64,000 bases of DNA from Guillardia theta CCMP2712. Taxonomy: Eukaryota; Protista; Cryptophyta. The position numbers and the translations under genes are program-made. Below the pieces are notes generated by a model, which saw only the letters and a list, made by a program, of their open reading frames with translations, made no database searches and was not told where the DNA came from. The first letter of the stretch is position 1, and each line of letters begins with the position of its first letter. This document shows, one piece after another, positions 48,350 to 61,668 of this stretch. The stretch is taken from positions 272,531 through 336,530 of the forward strand of contig NW_005434634.1 in NCBI RefSeq assembly GCF_000315625.1, in the 5' to 3' direction.

Positions 48350-49781
48350 TCAGATGGTTGACGAGTGTACCAGAACAACCTCCTGCCTCGCTTGCAATGC
48401 CAGCTCCTCGGCCCGGTGTTTGGGGCTCTGATTTGGAGTGACCTCTTGCCATGGCTTCGCGGCTCTGATTTCATCCGGCGTAATAGCTGGGGACTAGGTG
48501 GCGAAGTCAGTGAGCGCAACACGTGGAACACACGACAGGTACCATAGCATAGTCTTGGTCCCAGACGGCGTTCTCACGCTCGAGGGTAATTCGATACAAG
48601 GGATCACTTTGCGAGGTCCCTCCTGAGTTGCAGTCAGCACCGCAGAGGATAATCGACACGAGCATACGCTTGAGGCCTAGCTCCACTTTGCTTCCTTCGT
48701 TGCCGGGAATCAAGTGCAAAATGATCTTGATGTCGGCCCGGTGAACGGCTCGCCCGTCTACCTCATGTAGGATGTCGCCAAGGCGTATGACGCCGTTGTG
48801 GTACGCGGGGCTGCCAGGAGCGATGGCTCTCACCACCTTCACACCATCAGCTCAGCGCCTGGGATCGCATCCAAACTTCCTCACCAGCGATCGGTCCTCG
48901 CTCTCCTCAAACGTCAGACCGACACCGCACAAGCGACTGGTCTGCTTGGGCCCAACCAGCAGGCTGGAAGCCGAATCAGAGGTAAAAACGGTCGATCGGT
49001 CTCTTACCGATCATTGCTGATCCCTTCGTCCATCTGCTCCAAGACCTCCTGCGCAATGGTGCCCAGGTAGATGACGGCGACGAACGTACCCAAAATGCCC
49101 GCTGACAGCATAGCGATCTGGCAAAGAGTCAAGAACGAGAAGTAGTCACTATTAGAAGCTCACCTTGAACCAGTCAAGAGCAAGGCTGTTGGTCTCTGCC
49201 GCCAATAGAGCTGAGCCAGTCAAAACTCCAAAGAATATGTGAGGGGATTGTCCGATCAAAAATGTAACAAGAAAAACGTGCTCATTGATCTCGGTGATCC
49301 CCATAGCGTAGCAGTGAAGACAGAACGCAAGAGGGGTGAAGGAGAACAAGAGATTCACTTTCGCTCCCTCCTTTGGATCCTTCACGTACTGGGCCATTCC
49401 TTCCACAAGCCTGTGCTCTCGGAGCCATTGTTCTACAGCAGGACGAAACCAATATCTAGCGCCATTGAACATCAAGAACGCCGCAAGAGTGTAGATGCTG
49501 AACAAGAAGATGACAGTTAAGAAGTGAAACCCAAACAAATAACCCGTGGCGACCACAAACGGCTGAGCAGGAAGAAACATTGCGGTGGCGAAAAGGAATG
49601 TGATTACAAATCCGACGAGAGACCATGGTTCGTAGTCGTGAAACCAATGGTGCTCGCCTTCTATCCAGTGAGTCACTTCTCTTGCAAAGAATGCATAGAA
49701 TGCAAAGGTTGCCACCATCACTACAGCAAGGAGGAGAACCAGCCCAATGCTCCTTGGATTGGCGAATTGCGTGCTCACCAT
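48350..49781 (-). CDS. VTT/DedA (TVP38/TMEM64, SNARE-associated Golgi) membrane protein fused to a C-terminal PDZ domain
   Basis: FLPAQPFVVATGYLFG...GARYWFR...FTPLAF...YAMGITEI...FLIG; in-frame splicing to LCGVGLTF...|VVRAIAPGSPAYHNGVIRLGDILHEVDG...GNEGSKVELGLKR. 3' end approximate. Confidence 0.85.
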
Positions 49782-50044
49782 GGTGCTCAATGATCAGCCC
49801 CAAGGGAGAAGAGGAGAGGAGAGGAGAGGAGAGGAACCGGTGCCAATAGAGGAAGAGGAGAAGAGACACCGGAGGACCTGCGATCACAGGAGGAAGCGCC
49901 AAGGACCCAGCCGCGAGCTTACAGCTGTCGGCCGCTCTCCTGCATTGAGCGAAGGGGCAACTCAGCGAGCCTGCCTCGTTTCCCTTTTTAATGCTCGTTG
50001 GATCCCCTCTTCCCCACTAAAGCCCGTGTGGAATCAGAGCTTCA

Positions 50045-52300
50045 ATGCTGGGCGGCCAACAGCGGGCTCAGCAGCGGTATGAGCGGCGGGTGATGGAGAG
50101 AATGATGGAGAGGAGCATGATGGAAGAGACAGCAGATGGTGATACGAGGATGGTGGGCAGCGCGATGGGTGGATGGGTTGTTGAGGGGAGGAAGAAGAGC
50201 TTTCTAGCACCTCCGAGGAGCGCTGCTCATAGTCCGTCACAGTCACATCCATCGAGAGACTGGTCGAGCGAAGATGGGCACGCGAGGGATCGTACTGCGC
50301 ACATCAGATTTGCTCGAGGACAAGAGGAAGACGAGAGTCTCGATGAGCACCAAACATTCGACGTGAGACTTCCGTTCGACACTGACGAAGACCTGTCGGA
50401 AACCCCAAGGTCCCTGTATTCAGCGACAGGTCATACATCTGATAGAGACTTCATTGAGGAGAATCGAATAGCTGCTGTGCAAGCAAGTCGTCGGCCTAGA
50501 TCAGCTTCTACGCGCCAGGAGCTCTCAGAACCTCGAGCGCAGCCTGCGTGGAAGGTGAAGCGCATTATCTCCAATATGTTGAGCAAATCTGAGGCTTCCA
50601 ACCTCACTACAATGGACCTATCGCACACGAGGATCGGCAACGAGTCTCTGAAGCTCCTGTGCTCTGCTGCATTCTCCGGTCGCTTTTCCAGCTTGAATCT
50701 TACTAACTGTGGGCTCTCCGCGCATTTCCCTCAGAGCTGTTTGGATTGTTGGGAGGAGAATGGGAAAGAGTGCAAGGTCGAACAGTGCTTCTTGGGAGTG
50801 AATCCCTCTATGTCTGTCGCTATGGATGTCCTCGCCCAGTGGATAGGAAACAACTCCTTCCTAAGAGTGTTGGACCTGCAACTGAACAGGATCGGGGACG
50901 AAGGTTGCCGGCACCTGGCTTCTGCGATCGCTGTCAACCGAGGGATCGAGGCCATGAACCTTCAGGGGAACTGCATCACTAGGTCGGGACTTGCTGCTCT
51001 CGTAGAGGCCTTGACGGGTCAAGGAGATAAGAGCTCACTCAAAGAGATCTTCTTGGGGTTCAACCCCATCGGGGACGGTGGGGTCGACGTGTTGTGGGAC
51101 ATTTTCTGCGGGGTCGCGGATACCAACTTGGAGACTCTGTGCTTGTGTAAGTGTGACATCACCGAAAAAGGAGGGTCTCTGATAGCAGAGGCGGCAGAGT
51201 CTGGCGCGTGTCCTCTTACCCGGCTAGACCTTGTAAGTTGTTTCGATTGCCGCATATCGATGGTGGACTGAGAGGATTACCAGAGCTACAACGCGGTTTC
51301 TGAGTCAGTGTCGGCTAGACTGAGGAAGAGAAAGCTCCTCTGGATCAACTTGGCGAGTGGAATTGAGTTTGGTGGCCCCGCCGAGGTTAGCGATAAAGAT
51401 GTCGAGGACTTCCATGTGGGCAGAAAGGCAGGATCTGCATTGCAAGAGCAAGTGGAGGAGGCTAGGAAGGTGGGGAAGGCTGCTAGTGACAGTGGAGGTG
51501 GAGGTATGAATGCTTCTTCAGGTGTCTCTCGGGACATTCGCTGCTCAGAAGCATGTTCAAACATGGAGGAAGATGCCTCCGCGGTTAGAGTCAAGGAACA
51601 CTACGAGGATCCCGGAAAGGGGACAAACTCAAACTCTTCAAAGAGATGTAAACCGTGAATCAGCCCCTCGCTCACTCTCTCCTTGATCTATGAGATCTCA
51701 GAGCTCTGCTAAATTTCTTTCACATCGTCAGCTTGACAAACTTTCAACGGTCTGAACTTTCCCCAGGTCACTCTCGGACCTCTCTACGGTGGCTCCTTGG
51801 CTCCTGCCAACGCTCTACGCAAGGAGATCAAACACTTTCCGAGGGATCATTACCTTCATGGCCCTTTGAGGTAGACGAATCCCTTCTCTCCGTTTCTGTC
51901 TCAATCCCCCGCCAGTGTTGGACGAGACGCCCACAACCAGCTGTTGGGGCCCAAGAAGGGAGCGATCAAGTTCGGAGAGGGCCTGGACTTCCTCAAGGAC
52001 AACATGTGACCCTGACAACCTTCGACTCTCTCCTTATATCCTCTCAGGGATCGTGGAACGCTCTACGGGTGGATAGGAGGAGAGTTCGAGGGCTTGAGGC
52101 CAGTGGCACAGGACGTGGGGCATGGGAAGGTGATGCATGCTGGTGTGCCTTCTGACCGACATGTTCTGAGCGGTGCGAAGGGTTTGAACAAGAACAATCG
52201 CAGAGGGCTCAGAGGAGCGCCCGTGAACACGTGGCTGGTGATTGTGTGTAGAACAGATAAGAAGGACGCTGATATGCTCGAGCAGGGGAAGGGAGTCTGA
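50045..52300 (+). CDS. RNI-like leucine-rich repeat protein
   Basis: LTTMDLSHTRIGNE, LRVLDLQLNRIGDEGCRHLA, MNLQGNCITRSG, IFLGFNPIGDGG, LCLCKCDITEKG; 3' exons approximate. Confidence 0.85.
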
Positions 52301-53460
52301 AGGGTCTCAGGCACAAGCGGAAGAGAACTTCCGAAACGCCTTCACAATGTACAGTTTGTGTAACTTATACTCAGTAATCAAGCTTGTAAATACCGCACTG
52401 CTCGCCAGCAGAACGATCGGTTACGGTTAGGGCCCGGGCCAGTCGAACGGTCAGCCACTGGAACTTGACACTGAATACGTGACTCTGTCCCGTGATACTA
52501 TGATAGGCAGCGCTTCGAGTGTATAAGTCCGACGGTCACTCCGACTCAGTCCACAGCGTGACCGGAGTCCGATCGCCGCCCGGCCAGGCCGGTGGCCCGG
52601 GGCCCGGCACAGTGAGCCGGCGCGCCCGCCGGCGCCCGGCGGCTACTAAATAACTGCTAAAACCTTGAAACGGTTTGAAAATTAGTCGTGAAAATTTGAA
52701 AATAGCGATTAAAATGGCTGCCCTGAAATAGAAAAGCACCACTACCCTTGTGCCCCACCATATCAGATTTCGTTTCACCCCACCCTCCTCATCTACGCCC
52801 TTTCATAGTCCTCTAGACCCGTACACCCAAGTTTCCCCACCCGGTACTAGGATGTAAGAACTGAAGGGGTAGGTCCAGTTGGGACCTCTTGACACCGGAA
52901 AAGGGCAAGGTTGGCCGAGAATTTCAAGCTCTTGGGGAAATTTTGTAAAATAATCTGAAATTTTATAGGTAATATTGGCGTAAAGTTTTCAAATTTAATT
53001 TCATTGAAGCCAACTACCAATAGTTTCATTTCGTTCTGAAAGGGTGGGTCACCTAGAATGGTAGGGTAGATGTTCCCTGGCAGGGGTCCTTTGACTAACT
53101 TTCGGAGACCGATGACGGGGTGTATTGTATGAAATAGCGTAGGGTGGGTAGGGTGACAGGGTGATGCAGGATAGGGTAGGGTACTGGTGTACGTCTGGTT
53201 GACGATGCAATGAACTGAATATGGGACGGCAACAAGGGAGGGAAGAGGAGGAGGAGGAGGAGGAGATAGAGAAGGAGAAGGATGGAGAGATGCTTTAGAT
53301 TCATTAAGAGCCAGTGTGGGAGAAGCAAGAAGTGAGTGATATCATGGCGATAAGGTCAAATGGATGTTGAAATTGAACGCCGAGGTCAAATCCTCTTGAG
53401 ACGCGTTGAATTTTGATAAGGTAGTCAGCTGTGGAGCAAGTCAGATGGAAGGCGCCATAT

Positions 53461-53496
53461 TCAGAATATCAGTGTGTCAGAATATCAGTGTGTCAG
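53461..53496. repeat. 16-bp direct duplication TCAGAATATCAGTGTG upstream of V-ATPase a
   Basis: Direct reading. Confidence 0.8.
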
Positions 53497-53752
53497 GGGG
53501 GTCTTTTCCAGAATTTTCGTTGTCGTTGAAACACCGGAAAAATTTGTCGAATGCCTGGAGTGAAAGCTGACTGGGCGTGTAAGGTACTTCGCTCTGTTGC
53601 GACGAGGTGGAAAAGCGGACAAATCCTACTCGCCTATCCCTTCCAACCAACGGCGTAGCCGCCGAATCCCTCGTGCTCTACTAGCCGGAAGGTGCGACAT
53701 GGCATTCGTGATTTGCCTTATTTCTAAACTCTTTCTCAGGAGTGGGTCAACC

Positions 53753-56700
53753 ATGTCTCAGTTTCGCAGTGAGGAGATGCAGCTGCTGCAGCTGTACATT
53801 CAGAGCGATGCTGCGCATGACACTCTGTATGAGTTGGGGGCCCTTGGAGCGATCCAGTTCAAGGACGTGAGAATGCTGTCAACTGGGACGTGTTGCATCG
53901 TGACATGGTTTGCAGCTCAATAACGACAAGAGCGCCTTTCAAAGGATCTTCGTGCAGGATGTTCGAAAGTGTGAGGACATGCTCCGAATCCTCAGATATT
54001 TGAAAGGCCACTTCGATAAGGTGATTCCATATATACAGCCACACCGCGTGGTGATGGCGGCAATGCAGGAGAAAATTATTACTGGAGATGGTAGTCGGCA
54101 CGATGTTGCTCCACTCACCTCACTCAATGAGCTCCATGATCGACTTCAGGAACTGGAGAAGGAGATGAAGGTAGAGATGACCAAGATGCCCGATGTTGTT
54201 TGCGCTGATTGTTGGCAAAGGATCACTCGGACAAGTACGGGCAACTTGTGAAGCAGAGAACCGAGCTGGAGGAGCATGTGCAAGTCTTGAAACATGCCTC
54301 CAAGTGGTTCGGACAGGCAAACAGGTACTTGAACGCCTTGCTCGAGGTATGTCTGATTCAGCTCGGGGAAGGAGTGGGATCGCCTTCACTGCTCCGTCCC
54401 TGGAGGAGGAAGGGAGGCATGAAATGTCTTCGCTCCTCGACGAGAATGAGGTCAGGATCGATGCTCGAGCAGGACGGGGCTGAGGTGAGGTTGCAGGCGG
54501 GGATCACCAGAAGACCTCCTTCTATGTTGGGTCACATCGCAGGATGTATCCCCTCCGCCAATATGCGAGATTTTACTGTGAAGCATCGAAAGAGTATTTC
54601 ATACTTTGTTGAAGTTCTGCTCAGGTCACGCTCTTTCGTGCGACAAGAGGAAACATGCACTTGCAGCATGAGGAGCTTGACACCTCGGAGAATGTGAACT
54701 TGTTTGGTGTACATCACGTGTTCTGATCGCATCTCCCACAGCTCTCAGAGACTGAGTTGAAGTCAGTCTTCATCGTCTACTTCAGTGGAGAGAGATCCCG
54801 AGCTAAGATCGAGAAGATTTGTGAATCGTGAGGATTAGTCCGTTATCGACAAGTCGTTCTGTGACCTTCCTACTATCAGGTTCGGTGCAACCAAGTACCG
54901 TTTGCCCGAGGGGACCTCTGCAAGAGAGAAGGTATGGCAGGTTTACTAGGGCCTTGTCACATGATTTGATATGGAATGGATGAAGGACGTTCAAGATCTC
55001 TGCGAGCGCCTCAAGGATCTCGAGATTGTGATCCGAAGCACCTCAGAGTACAAGCGCAACAGGCTGAGGGCCATCGCCAACAGGTGAGACAAGACACTTT
55101 CGGTTTCAACGAAGCTGACGGCAGTGTAGCTTCGAGCTTTGGATCGAGCAAGTGACGAGGGAGAAGGCCATTTTTCACACGCTGAATCTCTTCAACTATG
55201 ACGTCACCCATAAGTGCCTCATCGCTGAGGGATGGTGCCCAGTGTCGAGTATGTCGGATGTTCGAGATGCTCTTCGCCGTGCAACGCTCAAGAGCGGGGC
55301 AAGCGTGCAAACGGTGGTTGAGGTGATCAAGTCTAGGCAGACTCCTCCAACCTTCTTCAAGACCACCAAAGTGACTGCGGGCTTTCAAGCCATCGTCGAT
55401 GCATACGGGATGGCTCGTTACCAGGAGTTCAACCCAGCTGTGTTCACGGTCATCACGTTTCCCTTCCTGTTTGGCGTCATGTTCGGGGATATCGGGCACG
55501 GCTTCATGATGTCCATGACCGGCGCCCTGCTGTGCTTGTTCGAGCAGAGACTTTCTTCTGCAGCCAACAACGAGATGTTCGGCACCCTGTACCACGGGAG
55601 GTACAACATCCTGCTCATGGGGCTGTTCGCCATCTATTGCGGCTTCATCTACAACGAACTCTTCTCGGTGCCTCTGGAGATCTTCGGGAGCACGGCCTGG
55701 TGCAGCGGGGAGATGGACGACCCTCAGTGCTCGAGGATCCCTGGAACTTCCCCGGACTCCACCCAGAAGTGGCTGAGGAGCAACCTGAACGAGGCCTTCG
55801 ACTTCGCCACGGGCAAGTCGAACGAGATCGAGGTCACAGCTCAGGTGTATCCCTTCGGCTCGGATCCTGGGTGGTCGCACACCAGCAACAAGCTCAATTC
55901 AGCCAACTCGTTCAAGATGAAGTTCGCCATTGTTGCCGGAGTCTGCCAGATGGTACTGGGCATCTGCTGCAAGCTGATGAACACCCTCTACTTCAAGGAC
56001 TCCATCACCCTCTACTTCGTCTTCATCCCCGAGATCATCTTCATCAACTCGATCTTCGGCTACCTCGTCCTCCTCATCCTCACCAAGTGGACGACCAACT
56101 GGAACACAGCCTTCGTCCTCAACAACGACGAGATCGTCCACATCCCGCAGGTTTACTGCAACGATCAGCTCTCCAATCTCCCGTGCTGGACGGCTCCCTT
56201 CCGCTACGATCGCTCCTCCATCGCTGGCTATGGCTCGAAGCTTGCTGAGCTCCCGGAGTACATGTGGTGCATGAAGGACAAGAGCGCCACGGCTGGATGC
56301 GCGGTGTTTGACTGGAAAGGGAAGATCATAGTAGAGAGCAACGTGTACGGGAACGCGTCGTTGACGCAGTTCGCCAACTACAACCCGACGAGCTGCCAGG
56401 AGGACATCTCAGGCTGTGTCATGTGGAAGCAGAGCCCTCCCTCGCTCCTCGACTCGCTGATCAAGATGTTCATGGAGCCAGGCTACGTCGCCATCGAGAA
56501 CCAGCTCATCCCCGGGCAAGGCGGCCTCCAGGCCTTCCTCATCCTCCTCGCCTTCGTCTCCGTCCCAATGCTTCTGTTCCCCAAGCCCTTCCTGCTCAAG
56601 AGGCAGCATGAAGAGAACATGGCGCGCAGAGGAGGCTTCCAGGCCCTGCAGGAGCGATCCGACCTGGTGGACGGCGATGTCGAGACGGGTGAGTTGAAGG

Positions 56701-57268
56701 GATGGCGTTTGCAGCTGCGCTGACTGACGTGCAGGATCAGGTGACAGCAGCCACGGGCACGGGCATGGCGAGGAGTTCGAGTTCGGGGAGGTGATGGTCC
56801 ATCAGATGATCCACACGATCGAGTACGTGCTGGGTTGTATTTCCAACACTGCCTCCTACCTCCGTCTCTGGGCTCTTTCCCTTGCTCACGCCCAGCTGTC
56901 GGAAGTGTTCTGGGAGAAGACGGTGATTGAAGTTGGTCTGGAGAGCTCGAGCGCAGGTGAGGAGGGCGAGGAACAGGAGGGGGGAGAAGGGAACAAGGGA
57001 GGGAGGGAAGGGGAGGGAGGGAGGTGTAAAAAAAGGGGTTGGAGGAGGAGTCATCTAGTTTTCTGATGCCGTGTTTGCAGCTCTTCTCTTCATCACTATC
57101 GGAGCATGGTCTCTCTTCACTGTTGGAGTGCTCATGGGTATGGAGAGCTTGTCTGCCTTCCTTCACGCTCTCCGTCTGCACTGGGTGGAGTTCATGAACA
57201 AGTTCTACGACGGCGACGGTTACCCCTTCCGTCCCTTCAGCTTCCTGACGCTGGGGGCTGACGAGTAG
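53753..57268 (+). CDS. ATP6V0A: V-type proton ATPase subunit a
   Basis: [121 protein letters not shown]. Confidence 0.98.
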
Positions 57269-57460
57269 GAGCCAAAGGATTCGCGCCGTGAGGGGGAGAG
57301 AGAGCTTGCAGCTTCGCTTGTTAACAACATTTCCTCTCCCCTCTATCTGTCTCTTCCTCTCCTCCACTTGTCCCAACCTTGGCATCCCCATTCCTCCCCC
57401 TCCTCCGTCTCATTCTCCCCCTCCTCCCTGTCCGCTTGGGTCCGTCTTGTCCTCCATCCC

Positions 57461-59887
57461 CTAGACGCCCGCGAAGACTTTGCTCTGTCGACAGATGCTG
57501 CGAGAGAATCAGTCCAACCGAAGAGATGGCAGGAGGAGGAGAGAGGGCAGGAGGAGGGATGGGAGGAGGAGAGAGGGCAGGAGGAGGGATGGGAGGAGGA
57601 GAGAGGGCAGGAGCAGACGAGGGGAGGGAATGATGGATAGCGGATAGGAAACGAGGGATAACAAGTGGTACCTTGGTCCGTACTCCTCGTACTGTTCTTT
57701 CGTGACACAAGCAGTGACGAACTCCGGCTGGATAATGATTGAGAAGTAAAGGAGAAGCGCCAGAATGAGGTGAGGGAGGGAACGACAGAAAGGGGAAGAG
57801 AGGGAGGAGGGAGGAGGGAGGAGGGAGGAGGGAGGAGGGAGGAGGGAGGAGTCGATTTACCGAGTTTCCTATGAGACTTCCACCAAACCAGACGGCATAA
57901 CGTTGAAACTCATGCGAAACGACGTCGATGTCGACCGCACTCCTCTACAACATCACGTGAGCTCCTCCTCCTTCACTCCCACCAGTCTCCTGCTTCCCCC
58001 TCCTCCCCCAAACTTCTATCCCCTCCTCCTCCCCCTCTCCCTCACCGCGATCTCTGCGGCCGCTGCTCCTGACCGTGAAACGCTTGACTGATGGCGTGTC
58101 AGATCATCTGGGCGAACGCAAGAGGAAAAGGCAAGAGGAACGAAGATGCAGGCGCAAGATGGGGTAGAGAATCGGCGGGAAGAGAAGGGAAGAGAAGGAG
58201 ACCAGAGCAGAGCAGAGCAGAGCAGAGCAGAGCAGAGCAGAGCAGAGCAGAGCAGAGGGGAGGAGGAGAGAAGAGGGAGCAATCACAATACCTGGATCCT
58301 ACGGTCAACAATCTTCTTCAGATCTTTCTTCAATTTCTTATCAAAATCCTTGAACATCGTCGATCCTCCTGAAAGAACCACGTTCCCGTACAGCCCTCTG
58401 ACAAACTTGTTATAGCAAACCGTCCCTCACTCCTGCCCCTCCCCCCTTCACGTCTCCACCTCCCCTCCTCTCCCTCCTCCTTCCGCCAACCTCTCCTCCT
58501 CTCTGTACCTTCTCGTATCTATCGGGCAACTTTGAATCATCTCGTCTATCAGAACAGGGAGAGGCTTCAAATAATCGCTGCTGTACATCTCAGGGCTGCC
58601 AAAAGAAACATCAGAACAAGTTCTCTGCCTCTCCCTCTCTCTTGTTCTCTGCCTCTCCCTCTCTCTTGTTCTCTCCACTTCCGTCACACCCGTCACTTCC
58701 TCCTCTTCCACTCCTTCAATGCTACATATCTTCAGCAGCTGCAACACTCGACCCCCTCTAGCCTCCTCCCTCACATTCGTATGAATGTCATCTCCCCTTC
58801 CTCCCCCCTNNNNNNNNNNNNNNNNNNNNNNNNNNNNNNNNNNNNNNNNNNNNNNNNNNNNNNNNNNNNNNNNNNNNNNNNNNNNNNNNNNNNNNNNNNN
58901 NNNNNNNNNNNNNNNNNNNNNNNNNNNNNNNNNNNNNNNNNNNNNNNNNNNNNNNNNNNNNNNNNNNNNNNNNNNNNNNNNNNNNNNNNNNNNNNNNNNN
59001 NNNNNNNNNNNNNNNNNNNNNNNNNNNNNNNNNNNNNNNNNNNNNNNNNNNNNNNNNNGAATGAAGGTCTTTTCCCTTTCTCCCTCCCTCCCTCCCCTCC
59101 CTCCCCCCCTCTTCCCCCCTTCCTCCCCTCCCTCCCCTCCCTCCCCCCCCCCCCACCACCTCCTCCTCCACCTCATCCCCTTCCTCCTCCTTCAACCTGA
59201 AGAAGATTTCCGGTGCTAAGAATCGCTCATATGCCACGTCACACTGCCATGGCTGGGAACGACGTGATTTCAACTCAATTTTTCCCTCCTCCTCCTCCTC
59301 CTCCTGTTCTTCCTCCTCCCATACCTGGCTCGTGACCGGGTTGACTGACTTGTAGGTCTTGATCCATTTGTCGGGGTCGGTATCGTATTTCTTGAACTCC
59401 TTCACGATGTCTGGGCAGACGTACGAGTAGCGCTCCTGCACCGATCCCAGTCATCTCCTCCTCCTTCCATTTCCGTCACATATCTCCTCATAGCCTTGCG
59501 CTATCCCACCATGTCTTCTACTTCATCTCTTCTCTCCTACCTTCCTCTCCATTCCTCTGTTTCCTCCTGCAGACTTTCCCCTTCTCTCTCTCCTCCGCAC
59601 GGTTGCGCTGCCTTCACCCTCCCTTCACCTCCTCTCTCACCTTGATTCGCTTTGCAGTCTCTAGCGACTGATCTGCTGGAATCGGCTCTCCTCGCTCACG
59701 AAGAAGCTGGTGTGCAAGTGAGGAAGAGAAGGGGAGGGGGGCAAGGGGAGAACTTCACCTGCTGGATGAAAAGCGTCATGTCTCGTCCTGCGATGGGCAT
59801 GCTCTTGATGCTTGAGCCGATGACGTATCCTTCCGCCACGGGGATCACGTGGGTCACTCCGTCCCCAGAATCCACGACACAGCCCTG
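57461..59887 (-). CDS. ARP3: Actin-related protein 3 (5' part not present, likely in gap)
   Basis: [97 protein letters not shown]|SICR; stop 57461-57463. Confidence 0.95.
58810..59058. other. Assembly gap inside an ARP3 intron
   Basis: Run of N; flanking exons PEIFF|SPEMY join without missing coding sequence. Confidence 1.
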
Positions 59888-60002
59888 CAGGAGGAGGAGG
59901 AGGATGATGAAGGTGACGAGGAGGAGGAGGAGGAGGAGGAGGAGGAGGAGGAGGAGGAGGAGGAGGAGGAGGAGGAGGAGGAGGAGGAGGAGGAGGAGGA
60001 GG

Positions 60003-60280
60003 NNNNNNNNNNNNNNNNNNNNNNNNNNNNNNNNNNNNNNNNNNNNNNNNNNNNNNNNNNNNNNNNNNNNNNNNNNNNNNNNNNNNNNNNNNNNNNNNNN
60101 NNNNNNNNNNNNNNNNNNNNNNNNNNNNNNNNNNNNNNNNNNNNNNNNNNNNNNNNNNNNNNNNNNNNNNNNNNNNNNNNNNNNNNNNNNNNNNNNNNNN
60201 NNNNNNNNNNNNNNNNNNNNNNNNNNNNNNNNNNNNNNNNNNNNNNNNNNNNNNNNNNNNNNNNNNNNNNNNNNNNNNNN
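60003..60280. other. Assembly gap flanked by (GGA)n and (CTCCTG)n repeats
   Basis: Run of 278 N. Confidence 1.
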
Positions 60281-60295
60281 TCCTCGCTGCTCCTG

Positions 60296-60335
<40 letters not shown>

Positions 60336-60365
60336 ATCCTGCTCCTCCTGCTCCTTCTCCTGCGC

Positions 60366-60396
<31 letters not shown>

Positions 60397-61019
60397 TGCT
60401 CCTCGCCCTCTCTGTGCGCATCTTTGCCACAGCATTGATGACGAGCACCCACCCCACCCCTACCCCCCATAAAACCATATGATACATACCCCTGCATTCA
60501 TCGGAAATTTGGTAGATCAGAGTAGGTACTCTGTACCTCCCTACCCCTCTGAAATCCTTCCCAAATTCTAGACTTATTTCAATTATGAGCAAGAAATATT
60601 CAAAGTTAATTTCAAATATTTAGACATAATTTTGAAGTTCCAAATTTGTATGGGCTGGCCGGCGGTCAAATGGCGGTAAGTTTGTACGTTGTTCACTCAT
60701 TCCTGATCTGCTGACCAACAACTCAACACTAACTGATCAGAAACATATGCTATGAGGTTGTAGTTGAGCTCCTGATGTTTGTAGGCACCAAGTGAAGGGA
60801 GATTGAGAGAATATCAGGGCAAGGAGTACGATAGAAAACGACGACTTTACTCAACACTCAAGTGAAAATCCACAAGCTCGGAAATGAGTTCTTCCATCTC
60901 AGGATTTTTGATCATTTCTTCAAAGATTGAACTTCCTCTATTATGTCGAGCATATCTTACTTTTGTCAGGGGATCAGGTGGACCTAACCAAACCAAGATT
61001 GCAGGAGGAGAGAAACCAA

Positions 61020-61668
61020 TTATTCCAACAACGGCTCCGAATCATTCTTCCCCCCCCTTTTGCAACTTTGTACAACTTGGATGTGTTCCCTCGGCTTGCC
61101 ATTCTCGAAGAAGTTGTGCTTGACAAGCTGAATGTCAGGGCAGACTTGCTCGTCGACAAGGACAAGGTCATACAAGTCCTCTTTTCCGACCCTGCAGCTA
61201 TGTTTGTTCCCTAGCTTAGCATGAAGCCCTCGCACATGACACTGATCCGAGTCCCAAACAACTTCGCAACATCCCAATTCCTCTTCTTCGTCGAAGATGG
61301 CTGTGACAGTTCCCTCCCCATGGGAAATCAAACCAGGGGCCATCCTTACGCGCATCCCAACTTGGCATGGTACATCCTTTCCAACATACAAAAGCTCTCC
61401 TTCCTCATAAGACTCTCTCACCTGCAACACAGCTAAGAGTCAGCGCATTCTCCTCCGAAAGAAACCAAGACAAATTAGCGCAAATCTTTCTAACCGGGGG
61501 GCAAACAGGCATGGATGCCCTCTCTGCAGGAGATATCTCATGAGGCTGTCTGCGCTCCTCTAGAGCTTCATCGTGGTCGGACTTTGCCTTTGCAAGACAG
61601 ATGCTTCCCACCGCTGCGGCGCCCGCAACGATGCATACGGGTCAGAAAGGCCGCCCGCCACCGCCCAT
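61020..61668 (-). CDS. Mib_herc2-like domain protein with putative N-acylated terminus; 3' end uncertain
   Basis: VGMRVR...GEGTVTAI...CEVVWD...CRVGKEDLYDLVLV; spliced start MGAVGSICL via a 48-nt GT-AG intron. Confidence 0.55.

Noticed and set aside
55011-57391. Long antisense and alternate-frame ORFs over V-ATPase a
   Set aside because: Shadows of GC3-rich coding sequence; no motifs recognised.
58448-60592. ORFs spanning N-runs
   Set aside because: Artefacts of assembly gaps and (GGA)n repeats; only the ARP3 exons are supported.
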